The notes: generated from the sequence alone by a model not told the origin. 64,000 nt of DNA from Nitrospirota bacterium (GCA_040758355.1 JBFLWF010000005.1:54907-118906); one strand, 5' to 3'; numbered from the stretch's first letter, positions 1 to 10,261 are shown. A program made the numbers and translations.

Positions 1-112
1 ATTGGCCCGGTTGAGGAATGTCTATGTCCGATAATGGACTGAGATTTAATAACCTGAAGTGTTTGTTTAAAGAGATGTTATCGACTGTCTTTGCTTTGAA
101 GTATTTAGACAA
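1..112 (-). CDS. Partial CDS (runs off the window); probably a PyrK-like FAD/Fe-S electron transfer subunit N-terminus
   Basis: Hand translation from TTG at 112, overlapping the greA stop: MSKYFKAKTVDNISLNKHFRLLNLSPLSDIDIPQPGQ. The PGQ(F) position is typical of FNR-like FAD-binding N-termini. Only 37 codons are visible. Confidence 0.45.
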   Translation of the reverse strand, partial: MSKYFKAKTVDNISLNKHFRLLNLSPLSDIDIPQPGQ

Positions 113-578
113 AGTTAATCTCTGTGATCTCGTATTCTATAGTCCTTGCAGGCGCCTTTACTACTGCGACATCGCCCACCTCTTTTCCAATCAGTGCCCT
201 TCCTACAGGTGAGCTTATGGAGATCTTTCCGCTTTTTACATTAGCCTCGTCAGGACCTACAAGGGTGAATTCATACTCTGTATCAGCCTCTATATCAACA
301 ACCTTTACCTTTGCACCAAATGCAATCTTTGACTGGTTTATCCTGGCCGGGTCTATGACATCAGCCATTGCCAGTTTTGCCTGAAGTTCCTGAATACGCC
401 CTTCTATAAAAGACTGCCGCTCCTTTGCAGCATGGTATTCCGCATTTTCTGACAGATCGCCATGCGCTCTCGCCTCGGCTATGTCCTGTATGTTCTTGGG
501 TCTTTCTACCTTTATAAGTCTATCAAGCTCGTCCTTGAGCTTCTGATAGCCTTCGGGTGTCATTGGGACACGATTCAT
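105..578 (-). CDS. greA: Transcription elongation factor GreA
   Basis: HGDLSENAEYHAAKERQ and ISISSPVGRALIG motifs; SD GGAGG upstream. Confidence 0.97.
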   Translation of the reverse strand: MNRVPMTPEGYQKLKDELDRLIKVERPKNIQDIAEARAHGDLSENAEYHAAKERQSFIEGRIQELQAKLAMADVIDPARINQSKIAFGAKVKVVDIEADTEYEFTLVGPDEANVKSGKISISSPVGRALIGKEVGDVAVVKAPARTIEYEITEINFV

Positions 579-702
579 TATAGTTACATCCTCCGCAAAC
601 CGTTTAAACTTTCAAACTATTTAAGATTAAGAATAACACTTTCACATCGATTTTTTCAAAACCATAATCCGTAGTCAAGGGAAGCAGGCACGGGGATTGA
701 AA

Positions 703-1137
703 TTACGTCTTTTGTGTCTCTTTTGACAGAGAAGGCACCGGAACCCTGAAGGAATAACGCTCGTCTTCGAGGATTATCTGTGTTGCCTTTAGTTTGGATA
801 TGTTAACAATTATAGGGGCCTTTAAATTTGCATTCAGCCTGTTATCAGCAACATTGAGAATTACAAGGACAATGGTCTCTGCTACATCCGTGATCTCAAG
901 GAATTGTTCAACATCGTCCTCTATAGTAAGAGAGTAGTCAGGGAAAAGGCCAAAGGGCTCGGTAACTATAAATGCAATATCGGGATCATCCACTGCGTGA
1001 AGCCACTTTATAGGGTCTTTATAGTCCAGAAGTATGTACCTTTTCAGATTGGTAAATCCAGGGATTCCCAATGGGAAATTAATAATCTTGGCATCTTCTA
1101 TTTCTATTTCCCCGAATCTTGTCGTATTTATTTTCAT
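703..1137 (-). CDS. fliW: Flagellar assembly factor FliW (CsrA antagonist)
   Basis: MKINTTRFGEIE..FPLGIPGF..ANLKAPIIVN; next to csrA. Start moved to ATG 1137 (GGGGTG upstream). Confidence 0.93.
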   Translation of the reverse strand: MKINTTRFGEIEIEDAKIINFPLGIPGFTNLKRYILLDYKDPIKWLHAVDDPDIAFIVTEPFGLFPDYSLTIEDDVEQFLEITDVAETIVLVILNVADNRLNANLKAPIIVNISKLKATQIILEDERYSFRVPVPSLSKETQKT

Positions 1138-1155
1138 CTTCACCCCGGACAATTG

Positions 1156-1383
1156 TTAAGTATTTTTTATTTCAAGAAAATCCTTAAGTTTATCCATATC
1201 CAATTTTGCCGATTCCACATTCAACTGCTTCAATTTTTCGTAAAGTTCTTCTCTGTAGATGGGAAGCTCGCGGGGCGCTTCGATTCCAAGTTTTACAAAG
1301 CCATTACCGATCTCGACAATTTTAATTTTTATATTGTCTCCGATGTTTATTGTCTGATTGGCTTTTCGTGTTAGAACAAGCAT
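1156..1383 (-). CDS. csrA: Carbon storage regulator CsrA
   Basis: MLVLTRKANQTINIGDNI..VKLGIEAPRELPIYREE. Confidence 0.97.
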   Translation of the reverse strand: MLVLTRKANQTINIGDNIKIKIVEIGNGFVKLGIEAPRELPIYREELYEKLKQLNVESAKLDMDKLKDFLEIKNT

Positions 1384-1402
1384 TTTATCCTTATGTTCCG
1401 GC

Positions 1403-3163
1403 TCATTTTAAGAAGTCAAAGAGACTTGTTCTTAAGAAGTCTGATGAAGCTACACGCAGGCTCTCCAATGCAGCCTGACTTTGTACCAGTTCAGATGTCA
1501 GTTTTGGAATATCGGCATCCTGATCATTGGATATGTATGTACTTAAATCATATTCCCTGTTATCCTGGAATCTCCCTTCTGCATCGAGTTTATTCAATCT
1601 GGCTCCCACCTCTGCCTGCTGCTGATAAACTTTTTCTGCCACCTTGCCGACATAATCAATTGCCTTCTGTATTCTTCCCGTATCGTTCATTTCGAGGGAG
1701 ACTTTTAAGAAGTGCAGTGCCCTCAATATATTGTTCTCGTTGAGATAGTTGTTATTAAAACTGTAATAGTTGGGATTGTTGGTTCTGTCGGTAATGTAGT
1801 TATAATTCGCAATACCGTCTGCGTCGAGTTTCATATTTGACTTAACCGTGTCGTCCTGATAGTCCGGGTCAAACGAGAATCTGTTAAGGCCAGCCCCCGC
1901 ACCGTCACTTACGGCCTGGGATGCAACAATTTTAACCTCTCCGGATTGTCCGACCGGATTCGAAGCAATAACGAGCCTGTAATCGTTGGTTGCAAACTTT
2001 ATAATATTCGCCTTTACACTTGCATTCGCCTTATTTATAGTATCGCGGACCTGATTTAAAGTTGCACCTGCGGCTAAATTAACATCCCCTACACTGCTGT
2101 CGCTGGTAATGCCTGTACCTATTGTCTTGTCCGTAGAATTGAATCCGAGAATTTGTTCTATCGTATTATTCGCATGACCAAATTCTATGGTCGTTGCTCC
2201 TGCCGAGGTAATGTTAAATTTCCTTGTATCGGTATCGTAGGTTGCCTTTATCAATGTCCCTCCACCGAGGGCAGAAAGGGCTGTCGCAAACTCGCTGCCG
2301 GTATAAATATTATTGGCAATTGCGTAGTCATTACCGTCAATTCTGATCGTGTTATTCGAGGCATTTATGAGAAATCCTCCAGCAGATGCTGTGGCATCGT
2401 TCTCCCCTACCGTTATAGTCAGGAAACCCCCATTAGTTGTACCTGAATTGGCAACAGTAGGATTGGCCTCGCCACCTCCGTCTCTCATATGTATTGCAGA
2501 TAACGGATCTGCATCCGGAGGGGTCTCCGGCTCTCCGGTAAGGGGGTCATTTGTTGAGTCAAAATTGTAGTTATATGACGGTAAAACAGCGTTTTGAGGA
2601 TCGGTTGAATTTACCCGCTTGAAACTGAATAATTCGCTTGCCGGGATGTTTAACCCGATCTCTATGGTCTGGCTTATATTTATCTCGAAGATATTGGTAT
2701 CGGCAACAAACTCACCTGTGTTGACATCGACAGGTGCAATATTTGATTTAAAGCCCGAGAATATATATCTATCGCCGACTTTCGTATTTGCGATGCCAAC
2801 GGCGCTTTCAAACAGAACGCCCACTTCCCGTGCAATCATGAGTCTCGAATTTGGGTCAGTGGTACCTGTTGCTCCGCTCAGTGAAAGTTCCTTTGCCCTT
2901 ATTAAGATATCATTTAACCCTGAGAAGGACGAATCTGCAGCCTCAAGAGAGCCTTTAGCTGAATCTATTGCCCTTTTGTACTCACCGATTGCCGATATAT
3001 GCGTTGTGTAACCGATAATCCTCGACATTGCCGTAGGATCATCGGAAGGACGATTAATCTTTTTCCCTGTTGCGATCTGTTCGCTGGCCTTGAATATAGA
3101 TTCCATGTTCCTCTGCATATCGGAAAGAAACCTGTCATAGAACATCTTTGTAGTAATCCTCAT
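1403..3163 (-). CDS. flgL: Hook-associated protein 3 FlgL with a large central insertion
   Basis: MRITT..QIATGKKINRPSDDP N-terminus, SLFDFLK C-terminus; follows flgK. Start placed at ATG 3163. Confidence 0.93.
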   Translation of the reverse strand: MRITTKMFYDRFLSDMQRNMESIFKASEQIATGKKINRPSDDPTAMSRIIGYTTHISAIGEYKRAIDSAKGSLEAADSSFSGLNDILIRAKELSLSGATGTTDPNSRLMIAREVGVLFESAVGIANTKVGDRYIFSGFKSNIAPVDVNTGEFVADTNIFEINISQTIEIGLNIPASELFSFKRVNSTDPQNAVLPSYNYNFDSTNDPLTGEPETPPDADPLSAIHMRDGGGEANPTVANSGTTNGGFLTITVGENDATASAGGFLINASNNTIRIDGNDYAIANNIYTGSEFATALSALGGGTLIKATYDTDTRKFNITSAGATTIEFGHANNTIEQILGFNSTDKTIGTGITSDSSVGDVNLAAGATLNQVRDTINKANASVKANIIKFATNDYRLVIASNPVGQSGEVKIVASQAVSDGAGAGLNRFSFDPDYQDDTVKSNMKLDADGIANYNYITDRTNNPNYYSFNNNYLNENNILRALHFLKVSLEMNDTGRIQKAIDYVGKVAEKVYQQQAEVGARLNKLDAEGRFQDNREYDLSTYISNDQDADIPKLTSELVQSQAALESLRVASSDFLRTSLFDFLK

Positions 3164-3169
3164 AATTTT

Positions 3170-3251
3170 CAAGTAGTTAAGTATTTAAGTAGTTAAGTAT
3201 TTAAGGGAAAGAATTTCTAACCCCTTAACTACTTAACACCTTGACTACTTG
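3170..3251. repeat. Inverted pair of degenerate 8-nt tandem arrays (AAGTAGTT/AAGTATTT versus AACTACTT) between flgK and flgL
   Basis: caagtagttaagtatttaagtagttaagtatttaag...cttaactacttaacaccttgactacttg, read directly. Confidence 0.8.
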
Positions 3252-3257
3252 TTACCA

Positions 3258-6098
3258 TCACCTCCCTGCCATATTTATAAGTGCCTCCAGAAGCTCATCC
3301 GCAACGCTTATCATCTTTGCAGCAGCCTCAAAGGACTTTTGATATTTGATGAGGTTAGCAGCCTCTTCATCCAGATTGACTCCCGATGCCTCCTGCCTTT
3401 TCCTCTCCAGTTCTTCAACCATGGTGTTGTGGAATTTCTGGCTTATCTTTGCCGAGCTCGCTTCTACGCTGACATCGGTGACTATCGAACGGTAGTAATC
3501 GCTGGGCGTACTGCCTTTAATAAATCCGCTCAATGAAAGGGAAGCAATTAGTTTTGCATTACTATTGTCGCCGGGTAAAAATGGATACACTTCAAAATCG
3601 CTGGAATCGGTTCCTCCGCCGGATGTAATAATGGAATTAGAGATGAATCCAAAAACGGTTTCCGATGTAGTTGTTGTATGCGCCCAGTCCAAAACGATAC
3701 TATTCGGGTTTCCGCCGTTATTGGTGATAGTATATGCTTTGGTATTGAAATTGTACGTAACAGTATATGCATATGAAGTACTTGCATCAGCACTTTCCAT
3801 GGCACTTTTCAATGCAAGCGCAAGCTCGTTCCTTGTATAGGTCCCCTTAGGGAGGGTAACAGTTATATACGAAGTACCTCCGTCTTCACTGAACCTGATT
3901 GTATTATTTGAGCTGTCTATGACAATCGAGCCGCCTTTGATTTCATTTGTGCCTTCAGCATAACCTCCAACCGGGATAGTGGAATCGGAGTTAGGTGTAA
4001 ACCCGAAAAGATCCTCAGCCGTTGTCGAGAGATTTGTCCAGTTTACAATGATCTGATTGGGATTGGGATTCGTACCGTTATTAAGAATCTTATACTTGTT
4101 GGTTGCGGCATCAAACGCGACGGTATAGTTATAATTTGTGGCTCCGTCAGCCCTTTCAAGTGCCTGCTTAAGTACTTCCGCAAGCCTTACCCTTGTGTAT
4201 ATCCCTGCGGGTATAGTGGCGGTTACATACGTTGCTCCATTGTCTTCGCTGAACCTGATTGTATTATTTGAGCTGTTAACCTGAATATAGCCGGCCCCTA
4301 CCTGAAAATCGCTGGAGTCAGAAGCAGCAGGGGCAATGGAAGAGTTCGCTGCAAAGGCAAATACATCCTCTGCTGTGGTATTCTGATGCGTCCAGTCAAA
4401 GATAATCGTCTGTGGATTCGGTGCACCAGCACCATCTATCTGATTGGTAATTATAAACCTTCTGTTAGTACTGTCATAAGCAACTGTATAATCAAAACCG
4501 CCTCCTGCAGCCTCCATTTGTGTTTCTAATTCTGCTGCAAGGGCGCTCCATGTGTATGTACCCGCTGTAAGGGTTATATTTGTATAGCCTCCTCCATTGT
4601 CTTCGCTAAACCTGATTGTATTGTTGGAGCTGTCTATAACTATGGTATTGAGATATGTCGGTGCTATATCGCCTGCCGCTGCAGCTACCTTATTGGGGTC
4701 TGAAATCGCTACACCCATATTCATAGCAGCATTGGAATAGGGGCGTATAGTGAATGTTTCAAAGGTCGGAGAAGTGGCTAACAAATTAGCCTGGGTACCG
4801 TCTATCTTGACATCGATACCGTAGAACTTAAGAGTCCTTGTGTTTGCAACAGTGGTATCGATATTAATCTTAGCGGTATTAACAGTTGTCCATGTCTTCC
4901 CATCTGTGGACTCCTGAATACGCCAGTAGATATCCACTCCACCGGCTTCTTCCTTTATATATTCATCCTTTTCCGATTGAGACAGCGCATTCCACGTGGT
5001 CTCGTTTATATAATCTATTTTATACTGCTTTTCAAAATCCACCATATGAAGATTCGATATGGTCACATTGGCATCTGTAACAGACCCGCCGGATGTGCTC
5101 GAATCCTTTGTCGTAAAAGGCGAGCTTATATTACTGAAGAAATAATTTCCTGTAGAGTTATCGAGCCCGTAGCCGCTCCTGTGGTATTCATTCATTGTTA
5201 AAGTAAGGTCAAGGGCAAAGGCATTCAGCCTGTTCATAATGGAAGGGGTGTCGGTCTCCCTTAAATCAATATTCGCCTTTAACTCGCCGCTTGTTATATC
5301 ATTGGTGATCTCCTTTGTTTCGCCGGGCAGAGTTATATAAAAATGCATGTTGTTTTCTGTATCGGTGGAAACGCTCATATTATAGGTCTCTCCCCCATCG
5401 ATAAGGGGTGCCCCGCCTATGAGTATGGAATATCTGCCCACGTTATCCTCAAAGGTGCTGACCTTAACTATTTCATTCAGTCTCTCGATAAGATAATCCC
5501 TCTGGTCTTTTAGATCCAATGCACCGGGGGATGTAGATATCTTTTCATTCAGATCCGCAATCTTTGCTGCAATGCTGTTTACCTCTGCCACGAGGCTCTG
5601 GCTGCTCTTGTATAACTCCGTACGTTCATCATCCAGTGACGAATACGCCCTGCTTATACGTGAGGTGAGATATTCGGCCTTTTTAATTAACAGCGTTCTC
5701 TGTGCATACCCTTCTGGATTCTGCGATACCTCCTGCCATGCATTGAAGAAATCCGTAATTGCAGGACTTATCCCTGTGTCTGATGCTTCATTAAAGACAT
5801 TCTCTATTTTTACGATGCCCTTCTCATAGGCATCCCAGTATGAAAAACTCGATTTTTCCGTCCTTACCTGGAGACTGGCAAAGGTATCATACATCCTCTT
5901 TATCTCTGTAATCCTGACTCCTCTGCCTGTCATGCCGACAGAGGTTATTGTTCCTGTAGGTATGTTTTCTAAGATAACATCCTGTCTCGTATAACCCGGT
6001 GTTGAGGCATTGGCAACATTATGTGCCGTGGTATCGAGCGCCCTTCTTGTCGTCAGCAAGGCGGTTTTGCCGATGTCAAACAGGCCGAGTACAGACAT
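3258..6098 (-). CDS. flgK: Hook-associated protein 1 FlgK, 946 aa, with three internal ~120-aa repeats
   Basis: HNVANASTPGYTRQ N-terminus, SGVNLDEEAANLIKYQKSFEAAAK C-terminus; SSNNTIRFSED occurs three times. Confidence 0.95.
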   Translation of the reverse strand: MSVLGLFDIGKTALLTTRRALDTTAHNVANASTPGYTRQDVILENIPTGTITSVGMTGRGVRITEIKRMYDTFASLQVRTEKSSFSYWDAYEKGIVKIENVFNEASDTGISPAITDFFNAWQEVSQNPEGYAQRTLLIKKAEYLTSRISRAYSSLDDERTELYKSSQSLVAEVNSIAAKIADLNEKISTSPGALDLKDQRDYLIERLNEIVKVSTFEDNVGRYSILIGGAPLIDGGETYNMSVSTDTENNMHFYITLPGETKEITNDITSGELKANIDLRETDTPSIMNRLNAFALDLTLTMNEYHRSGYGLDNSTGNYFFSNISSPFTTKDSSTSGGSVTDANVTISNLHMVDFEKQYKIDYINETTWNALSQSEKDEYIKEEAGGVDIYWRIQESTDGKTWTTVNTAKINIDTTVANTRTLKFYGIDVKIDGTQANLLATSPTFETFTIRPYSNAAMNMGVAISDPNKVAAAAGDIAPTYLNTIVIDSSNNTIRFSEDNGGGYTNITLTAGTYTWSALAAELETQMEAAGGGFDYTVAYDSTNRRFIITNQIDGAGAPNPQTIIFDWTHQNTTAEDVFAFAANSSIAPAASDSSDFQVGAGYIQVNSSNNTIRFSEDNGATYVTATIPAGIYTRVRLAEVLKQALERADGATNYNYTVAFDAATNKYKILNNGTNPNPNQIIVNWTNLSTTAEDLFGFTPNSDSTIPVGGYAEGTNEIKGGSIVIDSSNNTIRFSEDGGTSYITVTLPKGTYTRNELALALKSAMESADASTSYAYTVTYNFNTKAYTITNNGGNPNSIVLDWAHTTTTSETVFGFISNSIITSGGGTDSSDFEVYPFLPGDNSNAKLIASLSLSGFIKGSTPSDYYRSIVTDVSVEASSAKISQKFHNTMVEELERKRQEASGVNLDEEAANLIKYQKSFEAAAKMISVADELLEALINMAGR

Positions 6099-6536
6099 TT
6101 ATGCCTCCACCGATATCTTCCGGCGTGCGCTTACATCAAAGTTATTCAAAAAATTGTATGAGGTCTTTATATAATAAAGGGACTTCTCAATCAATATGCT
6201 GTTAAATCTGTTAAGCTCTGATATGCTGTGGATTATGGATGTAAACTTGGAGGCTATGCTTGTCAATCTCTCCCTGTAACTGCTTTCTGCCATCCCGGCA
6301 ACCTCGGATATGGTCTTGTTCTTAAAACCGAGGTTATCCAGTATCTTTTCACGGGTCTCGTCGCATACCCTTATCTGGGTTGTTATAGCCTCTTTGTCGC
6401 CCAGTAACAGCTCGAGTGCCCTTGGGTCAAGGCTCGCTATAACGTCTTTCTCTTTTTGCAAAAGCTCAACCAGTTGTGTACAGAGGGAAAGCTCCTTCTC
6501 CAGCACATCAATTAAATCCTCATACAAGTGAGTCAA
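6099..6536 (-). CDS. flgN: Flagellar chaperone FlgN
   Basis: Helical 145 aa with a LNRFNSILIEKSL motif; lies between flgM and flgK. Confidence 0.85.
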   Translation of the reverse strand: MTHLYEDLIDVLEKELSLCTQLVELLQKEKDVIASLDPRALELLLGDKEAITTQIRVCDETREKILDNLGFKNKTISEVAGMAESSYRERLTSIASKFTSIIHSISELNRFNSILIEKSLYYIKTSYNFLNNFDVSARRKISVEA

Positions 6537-6813
6537 TGATAGCCTCCTTCAAAAGTTTGCCTGCTACCGCCTCGCCTTTGACATCGTAGGTTCCGGCATT
6601 GATAGCGTTTTTAATTTCCTCCACACGGTCTGCCCGTATCTCGGGGAGTTTACTGACCTCCACCTGGAGCCTGCCAATCTCTTTGGCCTTTTCCGAGACC
6701 GTTACCTGATCCTTGGATAAAACCTCCTCGGATCTTTCCCCTCCTTTTTCCTTAGGCCTGTCGGGCTTCTGTAAATTAGGCCCAACGACTTCTAACTTAT
6801 CCGTTATTCTCAT
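6520..6813 (-). CDS. flgM: Anti-sigma28 factor FlgM
   Basis: DQVTVS..PEIRADRVEEIKNAINAGTYDV..VAGKLL. Confidence 0.92.
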   Translation of the reverse strand: MRITDKLEVVGPNLQKPDRPKEKGGERSEEVLSKDQVTVSEKAKEIGRLQVEVSKLPEIRADRVEEIKNAINAGTYDVKGEAVAGKLLKEAIIDSLV

Positions 6814-6838
6814 CTTCTTATCCTCCTTCTTTTGTTTT

Positions 6839-6869
6839 TATAGGTCTTATAAGTCTTATAAGACCTATA
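6839..6869. repeat. 31-bp palindrome built from a 9-nt unit, in the flgM leader
   Basis: tataggtcttataag-t-cttataagacctata (perfect 15-bp arms). Confidence 0.8.
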
Positions 6870-6874
6870 TCTAT

Positions 6875-6901
6875 ATATCGGAGGATTTAACCAAAAATTA
6901 A
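6875..6901 (-). promoter_or_regulatory. Putative sigma28 (FliA) promoter for flgM-flgN-flgK-flgL
   Basis: Minus strand TTAA-N15-TCCGATAT versus consensus TAAA-N15-GCCGATAA. Confidence 0.6.
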
Positions 6902-7590
6902 CCAATCATGCCCGTTGGATCTACCGGTACCCCTTCTTTCCTTACCTCAAAGTGCAGATGGGGACCTGTGGACCTCCCGGATGAGCCTGACAGTGCTAAA
7001 ACTCTATTTTTATCAACAACATCTCCGGTCTTTACGAGATTTAAAGAATTATGGGCATAAAGGCTGGTCAGTCCGTTCTCATGCTCTATAATCACGCAAT
7101 TGCCGTATCCGGATGAAAAACCGCTGAAAACAACCCTACCAGGTGCCGCGGATGGCACGGGGGTACCCTCTGGCATGGCAATATCTATTCCGCTGTGATG
7201 CCTCAGCCTTCCATCAATGGGGTCATGCCTCAAACCGTATCTTGAAGTCACTTTGCCCACCGCAGGAAGTTTCAGCTTTCCGTCAAATGGTAACGTGTTT
7301 TGGGGTAACGGGTTTTGGGATTTTGTATCCTGAATGCCTGCTGATGGGGTTCTTAAAAAGAAATCACCAACGCCTATGCCCCTTTCGGTAATGGACTTGG
7401 CAATCTCTGATGTTATATAAGGCATATAGGTCGAAACAGTCCTGTCTTTGCCAAAGGATGTCTGCTCCATCATTATCCTTAAAAACTCGTTCAAAAAAAC
7501 GGTTTCTATCTGCTTTGCCATGACCTTTGGGTCTGATGAGTCCTTGATTTGGAACTCAGGATTTGGAGTTATGCCTGCTACTGTCTTCAC
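6898..7590 (-). CDS. flgJ: FlgJ-like rod-binding domain fused to an M23 peptidase
   Basis: N-terminal AKQIETVFLNEFLRIM..EIAKSITERGIGVGD; C-terminal HSGID..YAH..GRSTGPHLHFEV; follows flgI. Confidence 0.75.
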   Translation of the reverse strand: MKTVAGITPNPEFQIKDSSDPKVMAKQIETVFLNEFLRIMMEQTSFGKDRTVSTYMPYITSEIAKSITERGIGVGDFFLRTPSAGIQDTKSQNPLPQNTLPFDGKLKLPAVGKVTSRYGLRHDPIDGRLRHHSGIDIAMPEGTPVPSAAPGRVVFSGFSSGYGNCVIIEHENGLTSLYAHNSLNLVKTGDVVDKNRVLALSGSSGRSTGPHLHFEVRKEGVPVDPTGMIG

Positions 7591-8708
7591 ATTATCACCA
7601 GTTCTGCCTTAAGACTTCCAGATGTCTTTATTGCTTGCAAAATTGCTACCAGATCCTTTGGCGTTACACCCAGCACGTTGAGCGCCTTGACAAGTTCGCC
7701 AATTGTTGTTCCCTTCACCTCTACCAGCGGCGCCTTTTTCTCTTCTGCCTTCATTTCTACCTTTGGAACAACTACTGTTTCTGCTGTTTTAGGCGCAAAG
7801 GGAGGTGGTTGAACTACTTCATATTCAACCTTAATCTCTATGGTTAATCCTCCGTGGGCAAGGGCAATGGGACTGATGGTTACATTGTCGCCTATGACAA
7901 TTGTGCCTGTCCTTTCATTGATAACAACCCTCGCAGGCACATCCACATCAACATTTATGAGTTCTATTTTTGACATCAAATCCACTACCCTGTTCGCATA
8001 GGCATCGGGTACCTTTATGGAGATGACAGAAGGACCCTCGGCCTTGGCAAAGACCCCTCCAAGACCCATATTTATCCTATCCGCAGTCTTTTTGGCAGTT
8101 GTGATATCCGGAACGGTCAATAAGAGATCAAGCCTGTTTTTGTCGTTTAATTGCACCGGCACCTCTTTCTCCACAATTGCGCCATTCGGAACCGAACCTG
8201 TATTAGGATGGTTCTTAATCGCCTGCGCACCTGCCCCCCCAGCCAGAAATCCGCCGATAGATACAGGGCCCTGTGCAACTGCATAGACATTTCCATCAGG
8301 ACCCTTCAAAGGCGCCATTAAAAGAGTTCCTCCCTGAAGACTCTTTGCATCTCCGATGGACGATACATGCACATCCACCTTTGATCCCGGCTTTACCATT
8401 GTGGGCAGTTTTGCAGTAACTATTACTGCTGCTATATTCTTTGTCTTTCCCTTTATATCAGCAGCATTGACACTGATCCCCATTCTGGTGAGCATGTTGG
8501 CAAAAGGCTGGAATATGTATGTTCCGTCCTTATCGCCTGTCCCGTTGAGTCCGACAACAAGACCGTATCCTATAAGCTCATTTTCCCTTATGCCGGAAAA
8601 TGCGGCGATGTCCTTTATACGCTCAGCAAATGCCGTAATGCGTAATGCGTGAAGCGTTAAGAGTAAAAATACAATAAATACAAAATTAACGATTCTCTTT
8701 CCTTTCAC
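7587..8708 (-). CDS. flgI: P-ring protein FlgI
   Basis: RIKDIA..GYGLVVGLNGTGD..SSIGDAKSLQGGTLL; GTG start at 8708 after GGAGG. Confidence 0.96.
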   Translation of the reverse strand: MKGKRIVNFVFIVFLLLTLHALRITAFAERIKDIAAFSGIRENELIGYGLVVGLNGTGDKDGTYIFQPFANMLTRMGISVNAADIKGKTKNIAAVIVTAKLPTMVKPGSKVDVHVSSIGDAKSLQGGTLLMAPLKGPDGNVYAVAQGPVSIGGFLAGGAGAQAIKNHPNTGSVPNGAIVEKEVPVQLNDKNRLDLLLTVPDITTAKKTADRINMGLGGVFAKAEGPSVISIKVPDAYANRVVDLMSKIELINVDVDVPARVVINERTGTIVIGDNVTISPIALAHGGLTIEIKVEYEVVQPPPFAPKTAETVVVPKVEMKAEEKKAPLVEVKGTTIGELVKALNVLGVTPKDLVAILQAIKTSGSLKAELVIM

Positions 8709-8764
8709 TATTTCCTCCAATCAACATATTCTTATTACTCATTACGCATCACCCATTACGATTT

Positions 8765-9541
8765 TTAAAACGGCCACACCTTATCCAAAAACCTCACCAG
8801 CCAGCCCTGCGATTGCTTGTCGTCCAGAACGCCGTCGCCCACAAGGTATATCTGGGCATCAGCCACATACTGCGATGAAATCGTATTGTTCGGGGCTATG
8901 TCATCGGGTCTGACGATACCCCTCAATACCAGTATCTCCTTTTCATTGTTCACTACGACCTCTTTCCTCGATTCAAGCACCAAATTTGAATTAGGCAAAA
9001 CCTCCACAACTTTTGCCGTTACAGTTCCCGCAAGCTTGCCTTCCCTTGTTGTATCGCCTTTTCCTTTGAAGTCGGATTCAGCATTTCCTTTAGCAGACGG
9101 AGAAAACACATTCGTGCCTTTATAAAACCCATTCACCATGGGGAGCTTCTGTATGCCAAAGTCCGTATCCATGCCGAAAAAGTTCTCCAATCCATAATCA
9201 CCAGAAGAATCACGGCTCGCATTAGTTGTTGCCTTTTTGGATGCAGTAGACTTTTCGTTAATCAGTATGGTCACAAGGTCATTTACCCTCTTTGCCCTTC
9301 TGTCTTCGAAAAGGGATGCGCTGTCCTTCCATAGAGAACCTTCAGACGAATAAATTTCTTTCTCCTTTGTCTCCACATACCTTGGCGGCATAGGCGCATT
9401 TTTTATATCTCTGGCATCCTTGAGGCCGGAACAACTAATAAGTAGAGTAGACAGTAGACAGTAGACAGTAAACAGTAAAAAAATTTTTAAACTTTTCCTT
9501 TCTGACTGCTGACTGCTAACTGCTGACTGCAGACTTTTCAT
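8765..9541 (-). CDS. flgH: L-ring lipoprotein FlgH
   Basis: Lipobox LISC; LFEDRRA..DLVTI..GIVRPDDI..GWLVRFLDKVWPF. Confidence 0.95.
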   Translation of the reverse strand: MKSLQSAVSSQQSERKSLKIFLLFTVYCLLSTLLISCSGLKDARDIKNAPMPPRYVETKEKEIYSSEGSLWKDSASLFEDRRAKRVNDLVTILINEKSTASKKATTNASRDSSGDYGLENFFGMDTDFGIQKLPMVNGFYKGTNVFSPSAKGNAESDFKGKGDTTREGKLAGTVTAKVVEVLPNSNLVLESRKEVVVNNEKEILVLRGIVRPDDIAPNNTISSQYVADAQIYLVGDGVLDDKQSQGWLVRFLDKVWPF

Positions 9542-10260
9542 ATCTTCACCCTCACTGTATTCGGTGATATTAAGACCCCGCTTACCTCTTTTTTAGAGAC
9601 ATCGCACAATACCTTTGCCACACCACCGACCACGGTGTCATTCCTTAATACCCCATGAGTCGATATAACAACATTGCCCCCTTCCACCACAACATCCACC
9701 TTTTGTCCTCTTTTAATGCTCAGCTGATTTGTCAGGTGATCGGCCCTTATAATAACTCCCTGTCCAATATTGTTTTTAAGTATCTTTTTTTCAACATCAT
9801 TTCTGCCCAGTACAGCAGCAACAGGCAGTTTTGAGCTTTTTTGCTTTACAGCATAAAAATCATCCGCTGTTAGTACAGTCCCCTTTGTAAGGGGTCTTGA
9901 GGAAATAAAAACATCCACAAGAACATCATAAGACGCTTCAACAATTATATTTTTTCTACTCATTCTCTTATCTCTAAGGCCAACCATAAAATTCACTTTA
10001 TTACGGCCAGCATATCCATTCATCGCAACAGTATTGATTTTATAGCCCTCTAAATTTTCTAAAGCATCCATCCCTTCAAGCACCCTCAATCCAGTAATTT
10101 CTACGTCCTCGGAAATTGCATTTCTTAGTTCCTTCACTATTGCCTGCTTGATATTGCCCATTAAGTCTTGCTGACCGGCAAGTACGATGCCGGCAAACAG
10201 TAAGCAGACCAATGGAGTAATGGAGTATTGGAGTGTTGTTTTAAAATTTCTGACTTTCAT
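9538..10260 (-). CDS. flgA: P-ring formation chaperone FlgA
   Basis: Signal peptide, SAF-like region and IKRGQKVDVV..G C-terminus; between flgG and flgH. Confidence 0.85.
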   Translation of the reverse strand: MKVRNFKTTLQYSITPLVCLLFAGIVLAGQQDLMGNIKQAIVKELRNAISEDVEITGLRVLEGMDALENLEGYKINTVAMNGYAGRNKVNFMVGLRDKRMSRKNIIVEASYDVLVDVFISSRPLTKGTVLTADDFYAVKQKSSKLPVAAVLGRNDVEKKILKNNIGQGVIIRADHLTNQLSIKRGQKVDVVVEGGNVVISTHGVLRNDTVVGGVAKVLCDVSKKEVSGVLISPNTVRVKI

Positions 10261-10261
10261 T

